In this document: positions 58,446 through 64,000 of the stretch, in pieces
Position numbering within the stretch: position 1 is the stretch's first letter
Layout: the number at the start of each line of letters is the position of its first letter
NCBI GenBank assembly: GCA_963821555.1
Contig: CAWGEM010000017.1
Location: 79,873-143,872 of the forward strand
Length of the DNA: 64,000 bases
Source: an uncultured Alphaproteobacteria bacterium
GTDB lineage: Bacteria > Pseudomonadota > Alphaproteobacteria > Rhizobiales > Xanthobacteraceae
Direction: 5' to 3'
Position numbers and translations under genes: made by a program
Notes under the pieces: generated by a model
What the model was told of the DNA's origin: nothing
The model's input: the letters and a program-made list of their open reading frames with translations, nothing else
Database searches by the model: none

Positions 58446-59324
58446 CTAGCCTTTGGCCTTGAGCGACTGAAACAAGCCGTAGGCGTCCTTGGGCTTCATG
58501 CTTTCGTGCACCACCGCTGCGACCGCTGCGATCATCGCCTTCGGCGCCTCGGATTGAAAGATGTTGCGGCCCATGTCGACGCCGGCGGCGCCTTGCTGGA
58601 CTGCGTTATAGGCCATGGTGAGCGCATCGAGTTCGGGCAGCTTCTTGCCGCCGGCCATCACGATCGGCACCGGGCAGGAGGCGGTCACGGTCTCGAAATC
58701 CTCGTCGACGTAATAGGTCTTGACGTATTGCGCGCCGAGTTCGGCGATGATGCGGCAGGCCAGCCGGAAGTACTTGGCGTCGCGCGCCATGTTCTTGCCG
58801 ACCGCGGTGATGCCCATCACCGGGATGCCGGCGCGAAGGCCTGCGTCGACCAGCTTCGTCATGTTGTGCACGGAGCGGGTCTCGTGTTCGCCGCCGATGA
58901 ACACCTGGATGCCGACGCCAGCCGCGTTCAGCCGGACGGCATCGTCCATATCCATGGCGATCTGCTCGTCCGACAGCTCCTCGCGCAGGATGCTCGGGCC
59001 GCCGCTGGCGCGCAGGCAGATCGGCTTCGGCGATTCCGCCGGGATCACGGATCGCAGGATGCCGCGCGTGCAGAACAGCGCGTCGCAGAACGGCAGCAGC
59101 GGCACGATCGAGAGGTCGATGCGCTCAAGCCCGGTGGTCGGGCCCTGGAAGTAGCCGTGGTCGACCGCGAGCATGACGGTGCGGCCGGAGCGCGGGTTGA
59201 ACGTGCGCGCGAGCCGGTTCTTCATGCCCCAGTCGAGCTGGTGCGAACCTTTGAGGAAAAAGCCCGGCGCCGCCTGTGGCGTGCCCGCCTGGTAGCGTTC
59301 GCCTTCCCGATCGGCTTCCGGCAT
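58446..59324 (-). CDS. lsrF: 3-hydroxy-5-phosphonooxypentane-2,4-dione thiolase (LsrF, DhnA-type aldolase fold)
   Basis: [44 protein letters not shown]. Confidence 0.92.
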   Translation of the reverse strand: MPEADREGERYQAGTPQAAPGFFLKGSHQLDWGMKNRLARTFNPRSGRTVMLAVDHGYFQGPTTGLERIDLSIVPLLPFCDALFCTRGILRSVIPAESPKPICLRASGGPSILREELSDEQIAMDMDDAVRLNAAGVGIQVFIGGEHETRSVHNMTKLVDAGLRAGIPVMGITAVGKNMARDAKYFRLACRIIAELGAQYVKTYYVDEDFETVTASCPVPIVMAGGKKLPELDALTMAYNAVQQGAAGVDMGRNIFQSEAPKAMIAAVAAVVHESMKPKDAYGLFQSLKAKG

Positions 59325-59419
59325 CGTGTCCTCGCGCCCGTCCTACGGGGCGCGATTGATAGCAGCCTTTGTCTGCGGCGTCATTGTGGGGTGCGCGACA
59401 GCGCCGGACCACCGGCCGT

Positions 59420-59529
59420 GTCATTCCGGACGCCGCGCAGCGGCGATCCGGAATCCAGAACCTCACGAAACGTCCTGCCGTATGCCCCTGGATTTCGGGT
59501 TCGCGAGCTTCGCTCGCCCCCGGAATGAC
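59420..59529. repeat. REP-like inverted repeat doublet (GTCATTCCGG...CCGGAATGAC family)
   Basis: GTCATTCCGGA...CCGGAATCCAG and CTGGATTTCGGG...CCGGAATGAC. Confidence 0.75.
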
Positions 59530-59534
59530 GTGAC

Positions 59535-60368
59535 TCAGAAAAATGCCAGCGTGCGAATTTCGATGCTCTCGCGCGGGCGGGCGTTCGGCGGCGAGGTGGG
59601 GTCCTTGAAGGCAGTGTGGGCGGTCCAGCGGGCGCGGCCGTCCTTCATCGAGTTGTAGACCTTGAACACCAGCGCCTCATCGCGCCGCATCCGCGGCAGC
59701 CAGTACCATTTGTGCCCGGGGTTGTAGGTGACGACGTAGGTTTGGCCGATGCGGTCGGGGTAGCGCCGCTCCGAGATCACGAAATCATCGAACGACACCG
59801 AGCGGGCGTCGCAGATCGCGAGTGGATCGGTCTCGACCGGATGGCGGATCGGCCGCCACACCTGGATGATGGCGAAGCGGCGCTTGAGCAGTTCCTCCGC
59901 CTCGTCGGGAAGGAGGTCGCGCACGCGTTGCGGGCCGGACCATTCTGTGTAGTCGTTGTGGGCGCGGTGCACGGCCTCGCGGATTTTGCGAGCCTCACGG
60001 TCCGCACTGTCGGCGGTGCGCAGCGTATGGTCGAATACCACAACGCGCTTGGCGCCGCTCTCGGCTTTCACCAGTTCGACCATCTCCGGGTAGTAGACGC
60101 GCTTGATCTCCTCAGGATCGAAAAAGTCCTTCATCTGCGTCGGGTGGTCGGCAAAGCGGAAACCGTCGCGCTCGAGATTGAACTCGCTCAGCAGCGGACG
60201 CGCGTTGTGCATCGTGACCGGATGCGGATCGGTGGTGCCCTGGCTCTTCACTTCGGTCGAGCCCGGCCCGCCCGTATAGGTGTAGAGCTTGGTGCCGTCG
60301 TTGAGGATGTAGTTGACGGTGGCCTCGACGGTCCGAGGCGCAGCATCGAGTTCGGCGAGTACGGACAT
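59535..60368 (-). CDS. CmcJ/NvfI family oxidoreductase (AsaB-like)
   Basis: VFDHTLR, AHNDYT, QVWRPI, PLAICDARS, HTAF, RESIEIR. Confidence 0.85.
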   Translation of the reverse strand: MSVLAELDAAPRTVEATVNYILNDGTKLYTYTGGPGSTEVKSQGTTDPHPVTMHNARPLLSEFNLERDGFRFADHPTQMKDFFDPEEIKRVYYPEMVELVKAESGAKRVVVFDHTLRTADSADREARKIREAVHRAHNDYTEWSGPQRVRDLLPDEAEELLKRRFAIIQVWRPIRHPVETDPLAICDARSVSFDDFVISERRYPDRIGQTYVVTYNPGHKWYWLPRMRRDEALVFKVYNSMKDGRARWTAHTAFKDPTSPPNARPRESIEIRTLAFF

Positions 60369-60516
60369 GGCGTCCTCCAGGGGGCTGGGCCCGAAATCTA
60401 AGGAGGAAACCAGTCCCCGCCAACCGGCGCGAGCCATGAATTGATTGAACGCGTCGCATCAACGGATGGAAAGGAATGTCTTGCTCCAGCCGGTGCGTGG
60501 CGGAGCATGTTCTTCT

Positions 60517-62577
60517 CTAGCGCAGCGCGGCTGCGATATTGCCGCCATCGACCGTGGTGATATCGCCGGTGGTCTTCAGTTCCAGCGCCTGGTGCAGGAA
60601 GGCCTGCGCGACATCGTCGGCCGTGACCTCGCGTCCGAGCAGGTTGCCGCTCATGTATTCCCTTTCGGACACGCCGCGGGCCTTGGAGCGCTCCTTGATG
60701 AAATCGTCGGTGAGCAGGCCCGATCGGATGCGGTCCGCGTTGACGCCGTTGCTGCGGATGCCTTCGGCGCCGTAGTCGACGGCGTATTGCCGCACGAGCA
60801 GGAGCGTCGCGGCCTTGGGCAGACCGTAAGGCCCGAAGTTCGGACCGGGGTTCACCGCCTGTTTCGATACGTTGAACAAGAGGCACCCGCCGGTGCCCTG
60901 CGCCAGCATGATTTTCACCGCCGCCTGCGCCACGCGCTGGTGGCCGAAGAAGTTCAGCTCGAAGCTCTGCCGCAGCGTCGCCTCGTCAACCTCGCCGATG
61001 CGGCCCTGCCAGGCGGCTCCCGCGTTCGACACGACGATGTCGACCCCGCCGAACGTATCGACCACCTGATCGAACGCGGCCCGCACGGTTGCCGCGAGAG
61101 TTACGTCGCAAGCGACCGGAATAGCGGCCCCGCCGATCGCGGCTGCGCGGTCGCATGCCGCAGCAAAGTTCACATCGAGCAGCGCAACCTCGGCACCTGC
61201 CGCGGCGAACGCCTTTGCGGTGGCGGCTCCGATCGCGCCGCCCGCGCCTGTGATCGCGGCGACCTGGCCCGCAAGCGGCTTTTCGATCGCCTTGCCGAGC
61301 TTGGCCTGTTCGATCGGCCAGTATTCACAGTCGAACATCTGCTCCTCGCCGATCGACTGGAAACGGCCGATCGCCTCGGCATCGGTGATGGTCGCAACCG
61401 CGGCCTCTGCGAGATCGGCAGCGATCCGGGCGTCCCTGGCCGAGCGTCCGAGGCCGAACAGGCCGAGCCCCTGCACCAGCACGACGCGGGGCAGTGGATC
61501 GACCATCGTCTTGCCGCCGCCGACGCGGGTGTTGTTGCGGGCAAAGTATTGCTTGTAGCTCTCGACGTAGGCATTCGCGGCCTGCATCGCGGCGCGTTTG
61601 AATTGGTCGAGCCTGCCGGCCTCAGGCGCGGGCAGGATCAGCGGCAGGTTCTTGGTGCGGATGCAGTAGTCGGGAGTGATGACGCCGCCCTGCGCATAGC
61701 GCGCGACCTCTTCGCCGTTGACGAAATTGAGGATCGCATCGCTCGCCCGGAAATCCAGGATCATCCGGCGATGCGCGCCGTCGCCGTCATCGTTCTTGAG
61801 GCTGCAGGCGCCGCGCACGACCGGGGCGATGTCGTCGGCCGGCACAACCTGTTGCGCGATCTGCGCGGCCACAAACACGGCCTTGCGATTCTTGCGCAGC
61901 CGTTCCTCGGCCCGCGTCACGAGCGCGATCATCCGCTCATACGATTCGCGCGCGCTCGCACCGAACGTGAAGATGCCGTGCTTGTCGAGGATCAAGCCCT
62001 CGACCGCGGGCTTGCGGTCAAACACCTCCGCAGCCGCCTTGGCGAGGCCGAAGCCCGGCCGCACGTAGGGCACGAGCCCGACGCGGCCGTCGTAGCTCTC
62101 GTCCACGAGTTCTGCGCCGTTCGGCTGGTCGACCAGGCTCAGCACGGCATTGGCGTGGGTGTGGTCGACGAAGGCGTGCGGCAGGAAGGCGTGCAGCAGC
62201 AGTTCGAGCGACGGGCTCGGTGCGGCTGGATCGATCAGGTTGGCGCGCTGCACGCGCACCATGTCCTCGTCGGAAAGCTCGGCACGCGAACGAAGCTTGC
62301 GCAGCGGGGCAAGCCGCACCGCCGGCATGCCGGCGGGCTCGATCGTCGCCATGTCTGCGCCGGTGCCTTTGACGCAAAGCACCTCGGTGTCGTCGCCGAG
62401 GAGATCGGGCATGCGCAGCTTGACCGAGGTGTTGCCGCCGCCGTGCAGCACCAGCGCAGGATCGCCGCCAAGGAGCCGCGTCGAATAGACCCGCAGCGCC
62501 AGCTCTGGAATGACGCCTGCGGCCGCGTAGTGATCGACCGTCGCCTTGGCGTCGCGATCGACCCAGCGGCTTTGCAT
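60517..62577 (-). CDS. Bifunctional class II aldolase / short-chain dehydrogenase (RhaD-like fusion)
   Basis: LVLHGGGNTSVK, VDHTHA, EYWPIEQAKL, TGAGGAIG, YGLPK, VDGGN. Confidence 0.9.
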   Translation of the reverse strand: MQSRWVDRDAKATVDHYAAAGVIPELALRVYSTRLLGGDPALVLHGGGNTSVKLRMPDLLGDDTEVLCVKGTGADMATIEPAGMPAVRLAPLRKLRSRAELSDEDMVRVQRANLIDPAAPSPSLELLLHAFLPHAFVDHTHANAVLSLVDQPNGAELVDESYDGRVGLVPYVRPGFGLAKAAAEVFDRKPAVEGLILDKHGIFTFGASARESYERMIALVTRAEERLRKNRKAVFVAAQIAQQVVPADDIAPVVRGACSLKNDDGDGAHRRMILDFRASDAILNFVNGEEVARYAQGGVITPDYCIRTKNLPLILPAPEAGRLDQFKRAAMQAANAYVESYKQYFARNNTRVGGGKTMVDPLPRVVLVQGLGLFGLGRSARDARIAADLAEAAVATITDAEAIGRFQSIGEEQMFDCEYWPIEQAKLGKAIEKPLAGQVAAITGAGGAIGAATAKAFAAAGAEVALLDVNFAAACDRAAAIGGAAIPVACDVTLAATVRAAFDQVVDTFGGVDIVVSNAGAAWQGRIGEVDEATLRQSFELNFFGHQRVAQAAVKIMLAQGTGGCLLFNVSKQAVNPGPNFGPYGLPKAATLLLVRQYAVDYGAEGIRSNGVNADRIRSGLLTDDFIKERSKARGVSEREYMSGNLLGREVTADDVAQAFLHQALELKTTGDITTVDGGNIAAALR

Positions 62578-64000
62578 CAACTCTGGCCTTTTTCTCCGCC
62601 CAGGAGCCGCCTCGCCCACCAGCCGGTGCGACGCGGCTTTGCGGCCTCGTCGGCTTCGGTGACGCCCGACACGATCGGAGCGGGGAGGGGCTCCACGTGC
62701 GGGGCCGGCATCGGTTGCGGAACCGGCGCGCCTTCGCCGAACACCGGCGCAGGCTCCCGGACGGTCGAGCGTCGACGCGGCGCTACGGGCTCGGGCGTCG
62801 CCGGCGAGGGTTCCTGAGCCGGCGCGGACTGCGCCTGCACGGGCTCGATCCGCGGCGCATGAGTCGCCTCCGCAATGTCGGCTGCGGGCGCAGGTCCGCT
62901 CGTCCAGTCATGCTGCGCCTCGGCTTGCCGACGGCGCCAGTCCGGACGCGGCTCATGGTCGGGCTCGCGCCCGTGGTCCTGCGTTGCCTCGTGGCTGTGC
63001 TCGGGATGCGCGCCGTGCTCGGGATGCGCGCCGTGCTCGGGGTGCGTCGAGCCGGCGAGGTCGCCGAGCGGCTGGCCATCGCGTTCGCGCCGATTGCGGC
63101 GGCCGCCGCGCCGTCCGCGGCGCCGCCGGCGGTGATCGCCGTCGCCGTTGCCATTATCGTGGGCGTCATCGTGCTCGGCGTGCGGCGGAGCAAAACCGGC
63201 TTCCGTCGGCACGCCCTCCGACGAAGGCTCGAAAGGCTCGGCGTGGCCAACGTCAGGTGACGCCAGCGCGTCGGAATGAGCGCGATCATGTGTGGACCCA
63301 TGCACGTCGTGCTCGCGCTCTTCGCTGGCGCGCCCACGTCCGCGCCGTCGGCGGCGCCGGCGTCCGCGTCCGGGCTCGCGATTGGCGTCGCCGTTTGTCG
63401 GTTGCGACAACTGCTCGACCGGTTCGGCGGTCTCGTCGGCGTCGGCCGCCATCGCCGTATCGTCGGCATCTTCGATGGCTTCCGATGCCGTAGGTTCGTC
63501 GTCCTCTGTTGTCAGTTGCGGAGGAGCCTCCACTTGCACCGCGATCGCCCGCGCCTGCTCGATCGTCATCACCTGATCGCCGCGATCGATCGTGAAGCCG
63601 ACCTGCCCGCCAACCTCAGTGTCAGCATTGACGGTGATCGAGATGTGGAAGCGCTCCTCCAGGACACGCAGATGCGCGCGCTTGTGGTTCAGCACGTAGA
63701 GCGCGATGTCCGGCCGCGTCCGGACGATCTGATTGTGGGTCGCGCCCTTGAGCAGTGTCTCTTCGAGCGAGCGCAGGAGTTGGAGCGCTACCGAAGACAC
63801 CGAGCGCACGTGTCCGGTGCCGCCGCAGTGCGCGCACTTCTCGGTCGAGCTTTCGAGAACCGAGGTGCGGATGCGCTGCCGCGACATTTCGAGCAGCCCG
63901 AAATGCGAGATGCGGCCGACCTGGATGCGGGCGCGATCGTTGCGCAGCGCGTCCTTGAGGCGGCGCTCGACCGTGCGGTTGTTGCGCTTTTCGTCCATAT
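62577..64000 (-). CDS. rne: Ribonuclease E, 3' part; runs off the window end
   Basis: DRARIQVGRISHFGLLEMSRQR, Zn-link CAHCGGTG, RRRGRRGGRR, C-terminal RTGWW. Confidence 0.95.
   Translation of the reverse strand, partial: MDEKRNNRTVERRLKDALRNDRARIQVGRISHFGLLEMSRQRIRTSVLESSTEKCAHCGGTGHVRSVSSVALQLLRSLEETLLKGATHNQIVRTRPDIALYVLNHKRAHLRVLEERFHISITVNADTEVGGQVGFTIDRGDQVMTIEQARAIAVQVEAPPQLTTEDDEPTASEAIEDADDTAMAADADETAEPVEQLSQPTNGDANREPGRGRRRRRRRGRGRASEEREHDVHGSTHDRAHSDALASPDVGHAEPFEPSSEGVPTEAGFAPPHAEHDDAHDNGNGDGDHRRRRRGRRGGRRNRRERDGQPLGDLAGSTHPEHGAHPEHGAHPEHSHEATQDHGREPDHEPRPDWRRRQAEAQHDWTSGPAPAADIAEATHAPRIEPVQAQSAPAQEPSPATPEPVAPRRRSTVREPAPVFGEGAPVPQPMPAPHVEPLPAPIVSGVTEADEAAKPRRTGWWARRLLGGEKGQS

Overview
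GC-rich alphaproteobacterial (Hyphomicrobiales, Xanthobacteraceae/Nitrobacteraceae-like) chromosomal segment. Two conserved housekeeping backbones are present: purM-pgsA-like-hdaA-ppk1-ppx-rnd-aspS at the left, and nrdJ-NDUFA12-DUF2155-aat-accC-accB-aroQ-dsbA-M48 protease-aminotransferase-(insert)-rne at the right. Many small accessory metabolic and redox genes lie between them. More than a dozen genes carry isolated frameshifts and nrdJ carries very many, which points to long-read/metagenome consensus errors. Mobile and repeat DNA comprises one intact IS630, four copies of a ~160-bp CTAG-bounded double-hairpin element and several REP doublets. The most striking observation is an orphan ImmA/IrrE (HEXXH) metallopeptidase encoded 12 bp after the nrdJ stop, whose C-terminus is a protein-level copy of the NrdJ C-terminal cysteine tail. 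No rRNA, tRNA or CRISPR array was seen.
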